The notes: generated by a model from the sequence alone, not told the origin. A stretch of DNA of 64,000 nucleotides from Calditrichales bacterium (GCA_965267575.1 OZ254086.1:1824001-1888000); one strand, 5' to 3'; positions 10,067-19,290 are shown, counted from the stretch's first letter. Translations and numbers: made by a program.

Positions 10067-10900
10067 TTATAACTGCGAAATCAGCGGCTTGAAAACATCT
10101 TCTATTATTTTGGAAACAAGCGTCATAAACGTGGATTTCACTTTCTGAGCTGTCTCGGTCACATCATCATGGCTTAACCTGGCGGAAGATATGCCGGTGG
10201 CAAAATTGGTAATGCAGGATAAGCCTACCGTTTGCAGGCCAAGGGCATTAGCGCGGATAACCTCTGGTGCCGTGGACATGCTCGCCGCGTCTCCGCCCAT
10301 ACGGCGGATCATCTGCACTTCCGCGCTGGTCTCGTATGTCGGTCCGCTGGAAGCCCATAAAACGCCTTTTTTTAGATTGATTCCGTTGTCCAGTGCGCAC
10401 CGCTCTATGGCAGGATGCAGGTCGTCCGAATAGGGAGCGGACATATCGCTGAACTGGGCAATGCCGCGTAACGGCGAGTTGAAGAAAAAATTAACCTGGT
10501 CGGTGATAAGCATCAGATCCCCGGGGATAAGGCGCGGATTGGTGCTGCCTGCTGCGTTTGTGACCATTAACAGTTTTACACCCATGGCATGCATAATATC
10601 CACCACGTAGCTCACCTTTTGCAGAGAGTAGCCTTCATAAAAATGCGTTCGGCCCTGCACAGCCAGCAGGTTTACGCCTTTATGCCTGCCGAAGACCAGG
10701 TAACCTTTGTGGCCCGATACGGTGGATTTGGGATAATGGGGCAGGGAGGAGGTGGCGATCCTTACGGCCTCTTCAAAGCCATCCGCAAAATCGCCGAGGC
10801 CGCTTCCAAGTATCAGGCCCACGCGGGGCTTAGGCGGCTTATGCTTCTCAATCCCGGCAACGGTTTCCCGAAGCTGTCTGCTAAGATTTTCTTTGTTCAT
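10067..10900 (-). CDS. punA: Purine-nucleoside phosphorylase (trimeric family)
   Basis: GLILGSGLG, STVSGHKG, QGRTHFYEGY, TNAAG, GPTYET, MSTAPE motifs. Confidence 0.93.
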   Translation of the reverse strand: MNKENLSRQLRETVAGIEKHKPPKPRVGLILGSGLGDFADGFEEAVRIATSSLPHYPKSTVSGHKGYLVFGRHKGVNLLAVQGRTHFYEGYSLQKVSYVVDIMHAMGVKLLMVTNAAGSTNPRLIPGDLMLITDQVNFFFNSPLRGIAQFSDMSAPYSDDLHPAIERCALDNGINLKKGVLWASSGPTYETSAEVQMIRRMGGDAASMSTAPEVIRANALGLQTVGLSCITNFATGISSARLSHDDVTETAQKVKSTFMTLVSKIIEDVFKPLISQL

Positions 10901-11426
10901 AGAAAGATTTAAAAAATACTTTGCCATACATCAAGGCGGAAAAAAGAAGACTGAGCATGGCCAGGATAACAGCGTATTCAAAGAGCGTCTTAAAGCCCGC
11001 CAGAAAAACCAGTATGGCAAGGGCGATAAAGAAAACGGCCACTTTCCCCGGCCAGTTGGAGGACGCTATTTGTTGATGTTTTTCATAAATAAACAAAGCG
11101 CCAAAAAGAATAAAGACATCGCGTAACACAATTAGCAGCATCAGCCACAAAGGGAAATTCTGGAAAAAATAGAGCGCAATGACCGTGCCCCCGATGGTGA
11201 TTTTGTCAGCAATCGGGTCGAGGATTTTGCCCAGTTCACTTATTTGATTCAACTGCCTTGCGAGAAAGCCATCCAGCCAATCCGTGAGCATACCGAACAG
11301 TGCGATCCAGATAACCAGGTCGTTACGGTCTTCGTGAATAAAAAAAACCACCGGTATTACCAAGAAAATGCGCAAAAAACTCAGCGCATTGGAGATGGTC
11401 AGATTCTCTCGAAGGTTTAGTTCCAT
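10881..11426 (-). CDS. CDP-alcohol phosphatidyltransferase (PgsA-like)
   Basis: TISNALSFLRI; TDWLDGFLAR...LGKILDPIADK signature. Confidence 0.92.
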   Translation of the reverse strand: MELNLRENLTISNALSFLRIFLVIPVVFFIHEDRNDLVIWIALFGMLTDWLDGFLARQLNQISELGKILDPIADKITIGGTVIALYFFQNFPLWLMLLIVLRDVFILFGALFIYEKHQQIASSNWPGKVAVFFIALAILVFLAGFKTLFEYAVILAMLSLLFSALMYGKVFFKSFYEQRKS

Positions 11427-13123
11427 TGTATCCAGTAGGGTATTAAGGCCATGGGTTTATTCTGGACCTGCTGCAATACAGACACAGGTTTTTGCCAGGC
11501 TACCGACGGGTTCAGCAGACTTTCGACACGACCATAGAATTCCGTAAACAGTCCCTGCTCACGGGGGTAATAACTAATTCTCACAGATTCTTCTTCGTCA
11601 ATTCCGGCCATAACTTGCGCAAATCTAAGTGCAGAATAAAAACCGCCTACAGAATCGGCCATTCCGTTTTGGAAAGATTGACCACCGGTCCAGATGCGCC
11701 CGCCGGCGAGGGCGTCTGCAGATTCATAATTCATATCGCGGCCCATGGCAACTTTGGATACAAAATCAACATAAAAATCGTTTATAAGCCTTTGGATTAC
11801 ATTACGCTCCGATTGCGACCAGGGACGTGAAGTGGAAAACAGCGAAGCGTTTTCACCCCTTTGAATAATCTCCGGGTTAATGCCCAGTTTATCGTACAGA
11901 CCCGCTATATTAAATTTGCCGGCAAAAATGCCAATCGAGCCCACCAGGCTGTTGCTGTTGTTAATGATCGTATCAGCAGCCAACGCTACATAATAGCCGC
12001 CCGAAGCGCCGTAATCTCCGATGCTGGCAACAACAGGTTTCTCTTCTTTGGCTCGCATCACGGCATCCCAGATTACATTGGAAGACATGGCCGAGCCGCC
12101 CGGGCTGTCTATCCTCAGAATAATCGCTTTAATCGTGGATGAAGCCGCCGCCGAACGAATGTCGCTCACTATTGTTGATTCACCGGCCAGTTTGCCAAGC
12201 AAGGGATCATCCACATCGCTGCCCGGCGCAATCGTTCCGGTGATATGAATAACCGCGATACGCGATTTATCCCTGATGCCAAGAGAACTTGCCGGAATCT
12301 CGGCATAATCAGTCGCGCTGACCTTGTTCAGGCGCCCGGGAGATATAAAACTCTTCACGTCTCTCAGGAAAAGGTTACTATCGATGATCCCCGCCTGGAA
12401 GCCTTCACGGCCTGTAAAGCCACTGGTTTCGTTAATATGTTTTTTGATTGTCTCAGTGCTCAGGTTGCGGTTAATGGCGAACGCCTGCACGCTGTTTTCA
12501 TATAAGGAATCCAGGATCTCATTTAAAACCATGCGCTGCGTTTCAGACATGTCACCACGGGTGTAGGAATCGGGTGCATCTTTGTATTCACCTACATGCA
12601 CGAAATCTGCGCCAATCCCGATTTTATCAAAAAAGTCTTTATAAAAAACAACCTCGCTGCCAATGCCGGTTATGAAAATATTACCGTTCGCCGGCATAAA
12701 GACGGAATCGCAGGCACTGGCAATAAGCATATCACGCATAAAGGCATATTCACTGTATGCGTATATTTTTTTACCGCTTTTCCGGTAATTTTTGATGTAT
12801 TGCTGTATTTCTTCGGCCATCGCATAGCCGCATTGAAGCAGAGTCGGTTCAATTATAACGCCCTCGATTCTCTCATCCACGGCTGCTTTTTCCAGAACAT
12901 CCCTTACCTTTTTAAGATCGAGCGTAGTTCTGCCCAGAAGTTTTTCGAAAGGGTCATCCGGCCTGTAGTCCGGCAGGGAGCCGGAGAGGCTGATATGCAG
13001 GTAAGAGTTATCCTCCACGATGACCTCGCGCTCGGTGAGGCCGGCCAAAAAGAGAAAAAACAGGAAAAACAGTATAATGAATGCAGAAAGTAATACGGCC
13101 AGATATTTCAAAAATGATTTCAT
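11417..13123 (-). CDS. sppA: Signal peptide peptidase SppA (67K type)
   Basis: VGEYKD, LRIDSPGGS, ASGGYY, GSIGI, GGRIWTG motifs. Confidence 0.93.
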   Translation of the reverse strand: MKSFLKYLAVLLSAFIILFFLFFLFLAGLTEREVIVEDNSYLHISLSGSLPDYRPDDPFEKLLGRTTLDLKKVRDVLEKAAVDERIEGVIIEPTLLQCGYAMAEEIQQYIKNYRKSGKKIYAYSEYAFMRDMLIASACDSVFMPANGNIFITGIGSEVVFYKDFFDKIGIGADFVHVGEYKDAPDSYTRGDMSETQRMVLNEILDSLYENSVQAFAINRNLSTETIKKHINETSGFTGREGFQAGIIDSNLFLRDVKSFISPGRLNKVSATDYAEIPASSLGIRDKSRIAVIHITGTIAPGSDVDDPLLGKLAGESTIVSDIRSAAASSTIKAIILRIDSPGGSAMSSNVIWDAVMRAKEEKPVVASIGDYGASGGYYVALAADTIINNSNSLVGSIGIFAGKFNIAGLYDKLGINPEIIQRGENASLFSTSRPWSQSERNVIQRLINDFYVDFVSKVAMGRDMNYESADALAGGRIWTGGQSFQNGMADSVGGFYSALRFAQVMAGIDEEESVRISYYPREQGLFTEFYGRVESLLNPSVAWQKPVSVLQQVQNKPMALIPYWIQWN

Positions 13124-13130
13124 ACGAATC

Positions 13131-14432
13131 CTATAATGATGTTAGTACACCTGCGATGGTGGCTGTCATAAATGTAGATAGCGAGCCGCCTAATACCGCC
13201 AGCAATCCGAACTTAGCGATGTCCGAACGTCTGCTTGGCGCTATGCCGCCTATGCCGCCGATCTGGATCGCGATCGACGAGAAATTGGCAAAGCCGCACA
13301 GGGCATAGGTGGAAATTAAAACGGCTTTTTCGCTTAATACTCCCTGTGGAATCAACTGGGACAGGTTGAGATATGCGATAAATTCATTTAAGACAACCTT
13401 TTGCCCGATCAGAGAACCTACGTTTACGGCATCGGCCCAGGGCACTCCTATAATCCAGGCGATCGGGCTCAGCACATATCCGAGGATCAGTTCAAGCGTA
13501 ATCGGCTTCCCGCCTTGTGCCGTAATGCCTAGCCAGTCGGTGGCCACACTGCTGATAATGTAATTGAACATGGCGATCAAAGCGATAAAAGCCAGCAGCA
13601 TCGCACCCACATTCAGGGCCAGCTTAAGCCCGTCGGCCGCACCTGTCGCGGCTGCTTCAATCGCATTGGAAGACGTTTTTTCCACGTTAATTTTAACTTC
13701 GCCCATCGTTTTGGATTGCTGCATTTCCGGCATGAGCATTTTTGCTATAACTATGGTAGCCGGTGCGGCCATAATGCTTGCTGAAAGCAGGTGTTTTGCG
13801 TAATAGATCTGCTGCGCCGGATCAACACCACCCAAAAGGCTGACATAAGCGGCCAGCACACCCCCGGCGATAGTCGCCATGCCGCCCACCATCATCGTAA
13901 GCAGTTCGGAACGTGTCATCGGTTCGATATAGGGTCGCACTACCAACGGCGCTTCCGTTTGACCGATAAAGACGTTCGCCGCAACGGATATGGATTCGGC
14001 CCCGCTAATCTTTAATAACTTTGCCATCACCCAGGCCATCCCTTCCACGATTTTTTGCATAACGCCGAGATGGTATAAAACGCTCATTAACGAGCTGAAA
14101 AAAATGATAGTTGGCAGCACCTGAAAGGCGAAAATAAAGCCAATCCCAGGCTGCCCGTCAAAGGCACTTGCGAATGTTGCCTGGTTTGCCAAAGCACCAA
14201 AAACGAATTCAGCGCCTTCGTTGGTAAAGGATATGATCTTTACGAAGATATTTCCGATAAAATCGAATACTGCGGCCCCCCAAGGCGTCAGAATGACAAG
14301 GATGGCAAAAATAATCTGCATTAATACGCCAATGCCAACCTGCATCCATTTGATACTTTTTTTGTCCGCAGAGAATAAAAAGGCAATCGAAATAAGAACT
14401 GCTAGTCCGAAAATTCCGAAAAAAACATCCAT
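13131..14432 (-). CDS. nupC: NupC/CNT family Na+/H+-nucleoside transporter
   Basis: FAFQVLPTIIFF, FIGQTEAPL, GMATIAGGV, LNEFIAY, CGFANFSSIAI; ATG 14432 preferred. Confidence 0.93.
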   Translation of the reverse strand: MDVFFGIFGLAVLISIAFLFSADKKSIKWMQVGIGVLMQIIFAILVILTPWGAAVFDFIGNIFVKIISFTNEGAEFVFGALANQATFASAFDGQPGIGFIFAFQVLPTIIFFSSLMSVLYHLGVMQKIVEGMAWVMAKLLKISGAESISVAANVFIGQTEAPLVVRPYIEPMTRSELLTMMVGGMATIAGGVLAAYVSLLGGVDPAQQIYYAKHLLSASIMAAPATIVIAKMLMPEMQQSKTMGEVKINVEKTSSNAIEAAATGAADGLKLALNVGAMLLAFIALIAMFNYIISSVATDWLGITAQGGKPITLELILGYVLSPIAWIIGVPWADAVNVGSLIGQKVVLNEFIAYLNLSQLIPQGVLSEKAVLISTYALCGFANFSSIAIQIGGIGGIAPSRRSDIAKFGLLAVLGGSLSTFMTATIAGVLTSL

Positions 14433-14433
14433 A

Positions 14434-15009
14434 TCAGCTCTCTTTCTCCTCTTCTTTGGGCGGCTCAAAGCAATTTCGGCAGCGCGCTTCGTACGTGTCC
14501 GAAGCGCCGATAACTACTTTATCGCTTTGGCTTGTTTTGCGTTGTGTATGGTTTGCGGGGTTGCCGCATATTACACAAATAGCGTGTGTTTTGGTAATAT
14601 ATTCGGCTACTGCCAAAAGCTGTGGTATCGGTTCAAATGGTATGCCCCGATAATCCTGATCGAGGCCGGCCACAATGACGCGTTTACCCATGTTGGCCAA
14701 AGTCTGGCAAACCTTGATCAGGCTTTCATCAAAAAACTGGGCTTCATCGATACCCACCACCTGGGCCTCAAGTGCATATTCCAGCATTTCCTGTGGCTTT
14801 TTAATAACATGGGAACTGATTTTCTGGCGGTCGTGCGAAACGATGTCGGTTTTGCTGTAGCGCGTATCTATTTCCGGCTTGAACAGTTCACATTTCTGGC
14901 GTGCGATAATGGCCCTTCGCATTCTGCGGATGAGCTCTTCTGTTTTGCCGCTGAACATACTGCCGCAGATTACCTCTATCCAGCCGGTATGTTGCTTAAG
15001 TACATTCAT
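14434..15009 (-). CDS. tdk: Thymidine kinase
   Basis: GSMFSGKTEEL, IDEAQFF, AGLDQDYRG, YEARCRNC. Confidence 0.96.
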   Translation of the reverse strand: MNVLKQHTGWIEVICGSMFSGKTEELIRRMRRAIIARQKCELFKPEIDTRYSKTDIVSHDRQKISSHVIKKPQEMLEYALEAQVVGIDEAQFFDESLIKVCQTLANMGKRVIVAGLDQDYRGIPFEPIPQLLAVAEYITKTHAICVICGNPANHTQRKTSQSDKVVIGASDTYEARCRNCFEPPKEEEKES

Positions 15010-15027
15010 GTATCAATTCCTTTTGGA

Positions 15028-15651
15028 TTAGATTCCCTGTAGCAACTCTTTGATTTTACTAGTTAAAATATCGATGGCAATGAGGTTTTTTCCGCCGCGT
15101 GGTACAATAATATCGGCGTAGCGCTTAGATGGCTCGATAAACTGAGCATACATAGGACGAACCGTATCGGAATATTGTTTTATGACTGAATTAACCGATC
15201 TTCCACGCTGCTCGATATCCCGCTGTAATCTGCGAATAAAACATACGTCCGGAGGCGTATCCACGAAGACTCGTATGTCCATCTTTGAGCGTAAATCGGG
15301 ATCATAGAATATAAGAATACCCTCAAGGATGATGACTTTATGAGGTCCTACAATGCGCGGTTCTTTCTTGCGGCTATGTGTTTTATAGTCGTAAACCGGT
15401 TGCTCTATCGCTTCGCCGTTGATTAATTGCTGAATTTGTCTTTTTAAAAGCTCGTGATCGAAAGCATCCGGGTGATCGAAATTGCGTCCCGTCCTTTCGT
15501 TAAAAGGGATATTGCCGAGATCTTTGTAATACGAGTCTTCCTGGATCATGATAACTCGATCGGATCCCAATCTTTCTATAATGGTGTGGGCGATGAGAGT
15601 TTTGCCGGAGCCGGATGCCCCGGATATACCGATGATAATACCCTTTTTCAT
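15028..15651 (-). CDS. udk: Uridine kinase
   Basis: GISGASGSGKT, NFDHPDAFD, ILEGIL, RRLQRDIEQRGRS. Confidence 0.96.
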   Translation of the reverse strand: MKKGIIIGISGASGSGKTLIAHTIIERLGSDRVIMIQEDSYYKDLGNIPFNERTGRNFDHPDAFDHELLKRQIQQLINGEAIEQPVYDYKTHSRKKEPRIVGPHKVIILEGILIFYDPDLRSKMDIRVFVDTPPDVCFIRRLQRDIEQRGRSVNSVIKQYSDTVRPMYAQFIEPSKRYADIIVPRGGKNLIAIDILTSKIKELLQGI

Positions 15652-16043
15652 TTTTGCGTCAGCTTTGAGTCGTCAAAAGCCTTAGGTAATAGATCTTTTA
15701 TATGATAAGTATCATGCTTTGTCCCGTTACTAAGGACGACGGTCAGGTTTGGAGCATAGTCATACAGCAATTGCCGGCAGGCACCGCAAGGGGGGACATA
15801 GTCTTGCTTCTCTGCGGTTATGGCAATGGCTTCAAAATCGTTATAGCCCTCAGAAAGAGCTTTTGCAAGAGCGACGCGTTCGGCACAGATCGTTAGGCTG
15901 AACGAGCTGCTTTCGATATTACATCCTGTAATAATTTCACCACTCTTTGATAAAAGCGCAGCGCCCACCCGAAATCCTGAGTAGGGCACACGCGCATTAT
16001 GTTGTGCTTCAATCGATCTTTTTACAAGGAGGTTTTTATCCAC
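15648..16043 (-). CDS. cdd: Cytidine deaminase
   Basis: PYSGFRVGAAL, ICAERVA, PPCGACRQ. Confidence 0.95.
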   Translation of the reverse strand: MDKNLLVKRSIEAQHNARVPYSGFRVGAALLSKSGEIITGCNIESSSFSLTICAERVALAKALSEGYNDFEAIAITAEKQDYVPPCGACRQLLYDYAPNLTVVLSNGTKHDTYHIKDLLPKAFDDSKLTQK

Positions 16044-16055
16044 TTCGTTCCCGGT

Positions 16056-16514
16056 CTAGAATGGCAGATCGTCTTCTTCTTCCGCTGCTTCTGGCGCATT
16101 GCTTTTGCTCTTTGCGGGCGCAGAGGCTTCCTTGTTTACAGGCTTAGCTGTTGGCGCGTCCGTGTAATCGCTATCCCCCTTCGAGCCCAATAGCTGAAGA
16201 TCATTGACGACAATTTCCGTTTTATATCTTTTTTGGCCTTCCTTATCTTCCCAGCTTGAAGTCTGAATGCGCCCTTCAATATAAACAAGTTTGCCCTTTT
16301 TTAAATACTCTCCCGCTACCTCAGCCTGACGGCCAAAAGTAACAATATTATGCCATTCGGTTACTTCTTCCCATTCTCCGTCGCTTCCCTTGGTGCGGTG
16401 ATTTGTAGCCATAGAAAAGCTGGCTATTGCTGTACCGGATGGAGCATATCGTAACTCCGGATCCTGTCCCAAGCGTCCTATTAATACAGCTTTATTAACG
16501 GTTCCTCGCGACAT
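16056..16514 (-). CDS. ssb: Single-stranded DNA-binding protein
   Basis: VNKAVLIGRLGQDPE, TEWH, C-terminal DDLPF. Confidence 0.97.
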   Translation of the reverse strand: MSRGTVNKAVLIGRLGQDPELRYAPSGTAIASFSMATNHRTKGSDGEWEEVTEWHNIVTFGRQAEVAGEYLKKGKLVYIEGRIQTSSWEDKEGQKRYKTEIVVNDLQLLGSKGDSDYTDAPTAKPVNKEASAPAKSKSNAPEAAEEEDDLPF

Positions 16515-16545
16515 ACAGCCCTCCTTTCAAGAGTTAGGTTGAGTA

Positions 16546-16585
16546 AACAAAAAAGGCCCCGAATTTTTTTAAGATTCGAGGCCTT
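16546..16585 (-). terminator. Terminator-like hairpin between the peptide array and ssb
   Basis: aaggccccgaat/attcgaggcctt inverted repeat (1 mismatch) followed by T-run on minus strand. Confidence 0.55.
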
Positions 16586-16651
16586 AAAATTAGCGAAAAT
16601 ATTTATAAATACAAATTTGCCTCATTTGGAATGAGTCAGAACGGCACGACG

Positions 16652-16831
16652 TTACTCGCCTCCGTCTTTCTTTTTCTGATCATCTGGCGCCGGTGGCGGC
16701 GGCAGCGGAATAATCGTGGCATAAGAATGCTTGCCTGAGACTTTGTGCGATTGGGCTGCCTGGTTGACAATGGCCAGCGCGACCGCGGCCGTGAAAGTTA
16801 AAGCTACGATAAAAGCAGTGATCTTTTTCAT
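16652..16831 (-). CDS. Secreted proline-rich micropeptide, copy 1 (59 aa; not in ORF track)
   Basis: Translated by hand: MKKITAFIVALTFTAAVALAIVNQAAQSHKVSGKHSYATIIPLPPPPAPDDQKKKDGGE; aaggg RBS. Confidence 0.8.
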   Translation of the reverse strand: MKKITAFIVALTFTAAVALAIVNQAAQSHKVSGKHSYATIIPLPPPPAPDDQKKKDGGE

Positions 16832-16885
16832 GATATTTTTCCCTTAGTTAAAGCCATAAAAGATTGAATATTGGGTGGTAAAAAC

Positions 16886-17065
16886 TTACTCGCCTCCGTC
16901 TTTCTTTTTCTGATCATCTGGCGCCGGTGGCGGCGGCAGCGGAATAATCGTGGCATAAGAATGCTTGCCTGAGACTTTGTGCGATTGGGCTGCCTGGTTG
17001 ACAATGGCCAGCGCGACCGCGGCCGTGAAAGTTAAAGCTACGATAAAAGCAGTGATCTTTTTCAT
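16886..17065 (-). CDS. Secreted proline-rich micropeptide, copy 2 (59 aa, identical to copy 1; not in ORF track)
   Basis: Nucleotide-identical to 16652-16831. Confidence 0.8.
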   Translation of the reverse strand: MKKITAFIVALTFTAAVALAIVNQAAQSHKVSGKHSYATIIPLPPPPAPDDQKKKDGGE

Positions 17066-17119
17066 GATATTTTTCCCTTAGTTAAAGCCATAAAAGATTG
17101 AATATTGGGTGGTAAAAAC

Positions 17120-17302
17120 TTACTCGCCTCCGTCTTTCTTTTTCTGATCATCTGGCGCCGGTGGCGGCGGCAGCGGAATAATCGTGGCATAAGAATGCTT
17201 GCCTGAGACTTTGTGCGATTGAGCAGCCTGGTTGACAATGGCCAACGCGACCGCAGCTGTAAAAACTAAAGCGACGATGAATGTAGTGATCTTTTTCATC
17301 AT
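17120..17302 (-). CDS. Secreted proline-rich micropeptide, copy 3 (59-60 aa)
   Basis: aaggag RBS; differs from copy 1 by 8 synonymous and 2 non-synonymous codons, all in the 5' half. Confidence 0.85.
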   Translation of the reverse strand: MMKKITTFIVALVFTAAVALAIVNQAAQSHKVSGKHSYATIIPLPPPPAPDDQKKKDGGE

Positions 17303-17319
17303 ACTCTCCTTGTATTGGG

Positions 17320-17487
17320 TTATTTGTTGTTAATTTGACTAGGTGCCGGTGGCGGCGGAATTGGGATAACTGTAGCAAACACATAATTTTTGCCGTCCAC
17401 ATATTCATGTGTAGCCGTATTGATGATAGCTAAGGCAATGGATAGCGAAAAAATCGTGGCAACGAGAAAACGCGCAAATTTCTTCAT
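17320..17487 (-). CDS. Secreted proline-rich micropeptide, diverged paralog (55 aa; not in ORF track)
   Basis: Translated by hand: MKKFARFLVATIFSLSIALAIINTATHEYVDGKNYVFATVIPIPPPPAPSQINNK; aaaggagg RBS. Confidence 0.82.
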   Translation of the reverse strand: MKKFARFLVATIFSLSIALAIINTATHEYVDGKNYVFATVIPIPPPPAPSQINNK

Positions 17488-17510
17488 AAAGCCTCCTTTA
17501 AATTATACTT

Positions 17511-17732
17511 TTATTGCGCTTTTTTTTGATCAGACTTTTTGAGTTCTTTGTACGGATAAAGAGGCAGAGCTTTCATTAATATAACACTTTTATCTTTCTG
17601 CCACCTCTTTTTATATACATGCGGATATTGAATTTCAGCATAATTACGCATCTGGTTCAGGAAATCACTCAACTGTAGAAGAAAAAGAAAGATAAGAAAA
17701 ACCGTTAGAAGAGCCCGAAACGTACGCTGCAT
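17511..17732 (-). CDS. Small basic protein with N-terminal hydrophobic segment (73 aa)
   Basis: ORF track; aaggg RBS; directly upstream of the peptide array. Confidence 0.6.
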   Translation of the reverse strand: MQRTFRALLTVFLIFLFLLQLSDFLNQMRNYAEIQYPHVYKKRWQKDKSVILMKALPLYPYKELKKSDQKKAQ

Positions 17733-17750
17733 TTCATACCCTTGATTTTA

Positions 17751-17779
17751 ATGATAAAATTAGATATCGTTAGGTGCAA
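17751..17779 (-). promoter_or_regulatory. Putative sigma70-type promoter for the peptide array
   Basis: TTGCAC-17 nt-TATCAT on minus strand. Confidence 0.4.
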
Positions 17780-17857
17780 GAAATATAAAAGCTATCGTAT
17801 GAAATGCAATAATGCTTTAATAAGAAATTGACACTTAAGCATGTAGCTGTATATGGC

Positions 17858-17873
17858 AGTGACCTATGTCACA
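17858..17873. promoter_or_regulatory. CRP/FNR-family-like palindrome
   Basis: AGTGA-cctatg-TCACA, 9/10 match to TGTGA-N6-TCACA. Confidence 0.4.
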
Positions 17874-17890
17874 AAAATACCTATAAAAAA

Positions 17891-18967
17891 TTAATTTGCC
17901 AGCCTGCTGAGACGCTCATTTCGTTCGGCCATGCTTAATTCTTCAATCAATTCTTCAATTTCGCCTTCCAAAACACGGTCCAGCTTATAAAGGGTGAGAT
18001 TTATACGGTGGTCGGTAATTCGACCTTGAGGATAATTGTAGGTTCTGATTTTTGCGCTGCGATCGCCGCTGCCGACCATCGATTTTCGTTGCGCGTCAAC
18101 CGCATCTTGTTGCTCGGACAGGGCTTTGTCCAACAATCTGGAGCGTAATACTTTCAGGGCTTTGGTTTTGTTTTTTAGCTGGGACTTTTCATCCTGACAA
18201 CTTACGACAATACCGGTTGGAACGTGCGTAATGCGCACGGCAGAATCCGTTGTGTTTACGCTTTGCCCGCCGGGGCCGCTGGAACGAAATACGTCAATGC
18301 GCAAGTCATTGGGATCGAGTTCAATATCAACTTCTTCAGCTTCCGGTAGCACCACAACTGATACAGCAGAAGTATGTACACGTCCCTGAGTCTCTGTTTC
18401 CGGTACCCGCTGAACCCGGTGTACGCCTGATTCATATTTCAAGGTGCCATAAGCGTGATTGCCATCTATGGAAAAAATAATTTCCTTAAATCCGCCCCGT
18501 TCCGAAGGGCTGGAGCTCATTACATCGATTTTGAAATGGCCGCCTTCGCAATAGCGCTGATACATGCGGTACAGATCGCCTGCAAATATGGCCGCTTCAT
18601 CGCCACCGGTGCCTGCTCGTATTTCCATTAAAGCATTCTTGTGATCATCCGGATGCTTGGGCACCAGCATGAGTTTCAGTTTTTCTTCATACTTGTCAAT
18701 AACTTCTTCAAGCTCTTCCTGCTCAGCTTCGGCAAGCTCAACAAGTTCATCGTCCTCTTCAGCTGCAATTATTTCCTTATTGCCCTCGTAATTTGCCAGC
18801 GCTTTCAGATAAGGCTCGCCGGTTTCCAAAACCCTGGAGATATCGCTATGCTCGCGGGAAAGATCTTTAAATTTTTTTGGATCGGAATGAACGTTGGGGT
18901 CGGCAAGAGCTTCATTAAGCTCAGTCAAACGTTGCTGTAGTTGTAATATTTTAGGCTTAATTTTCAT
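17891..18967 (-). CDS. prfA: Peptide chain release factor 1
   Basis: [19 protein letters not shown] (PxT), GPGGQSVN. Confidence 0.97.
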   Translation of the reverse strand: MKIKPKILQLQQRLTELNEALADPNVHSDPKKFKDLSREHSDISRVLETGEPYLKALANYEGNKEIIAAEEDDELVELAEAEQEELEEVIDKYEEKLKLMLVPKHPDDHKNALMEIRAGTGGDEAAIFAGDLYRMYQRYCEGGHFKIDVMSSSPSERGGFKEIIFSIDGNHAYGTLKYESGVHRVQRVPETETQGRVHTSAVSVVVLPEAEEVDIELDPNDLRIDVFRSSGPGGQSVNTTDSAVRITHVPTGIVVSCQDEKSQLKNKTKALKVLRSRLLDKALSEQQDAVDAQRKSMVGSGDRSAKIRTYNYPQGRITDHRINLTLYKLDRVLEGEIEELIEELSMAERNERLSRLAN

Positions 18968-18994
18968 AATATGTACCGCTGAAGAATTTTAAGT

Positions 18995-19029
18995 AAAAAA
19001 AAACGGAATGATTAAATATCACTCCGTTT
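18995..19029 (-). terminator. Intrinsic terminator after rpmE2
   Basis: aaacggaatgat/atcactccgttt hairpin with T-run on minus strand. Confidence 0.65.
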
Positions 19030-19047
19030 ATTGATAGAAAAATTTTG

Positions 19048-19290
19048 CTAGCGATTATATTTTCTGCGGAATTTCTCTACACGACCGGCTGTATCTACGA
19101 GCATTTGCTTACCTGTAAAAAAGGGATGAGATGCACTGGATATCTCAAGCTTGATCAAGGGATATTCTTTGCCATCTTCCCATTTGATTTTTTCGCTGCT
19201 GGTGGCCGTTGAGCGCGTCAGAAAAGCAAAATCAGATGAAGTATCTTTATATACTACAAATTGATACTCCGGATGAATGTTTTTTTTCAT
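19048..19290 (-). CDS. rpmE2: 50S ribosomal protein L31 type B
   Basis: MKKNIHPEY...[12 protein letters not shown]...AGRVEKF; no zinc-binding cysteines. Confidence 0.95.
   Translation of the reverse strand: MKKNIHPEYQFVVYKDTSSDFAFLTRSTATSSEKIKWEDGKEYPLIKLEISSASHPFFTGKQMLVDTAGRVEKFRRKYNR

Larger units (their letters stand above)
16652..17221. repeat. 234-bp tandem direct repeat (two identical units plus about 100 bp of a third)
   Basis: Units start at 16652, 16886 and 17120; each carries one peptide ORF. Confidence 0.95.

Noticed and set aside
16652-17302. 234-bp repeats as a CRISPR array
   Set aside because: Units are far too long, have no unique spacers, encode peptides, and no cas genes are nearby
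17148-17408. 86-aa minus-strand ORF in the track
   Set aside because: Out-of-frame overlap of two peptide genes that have better RBSs and paralogy support
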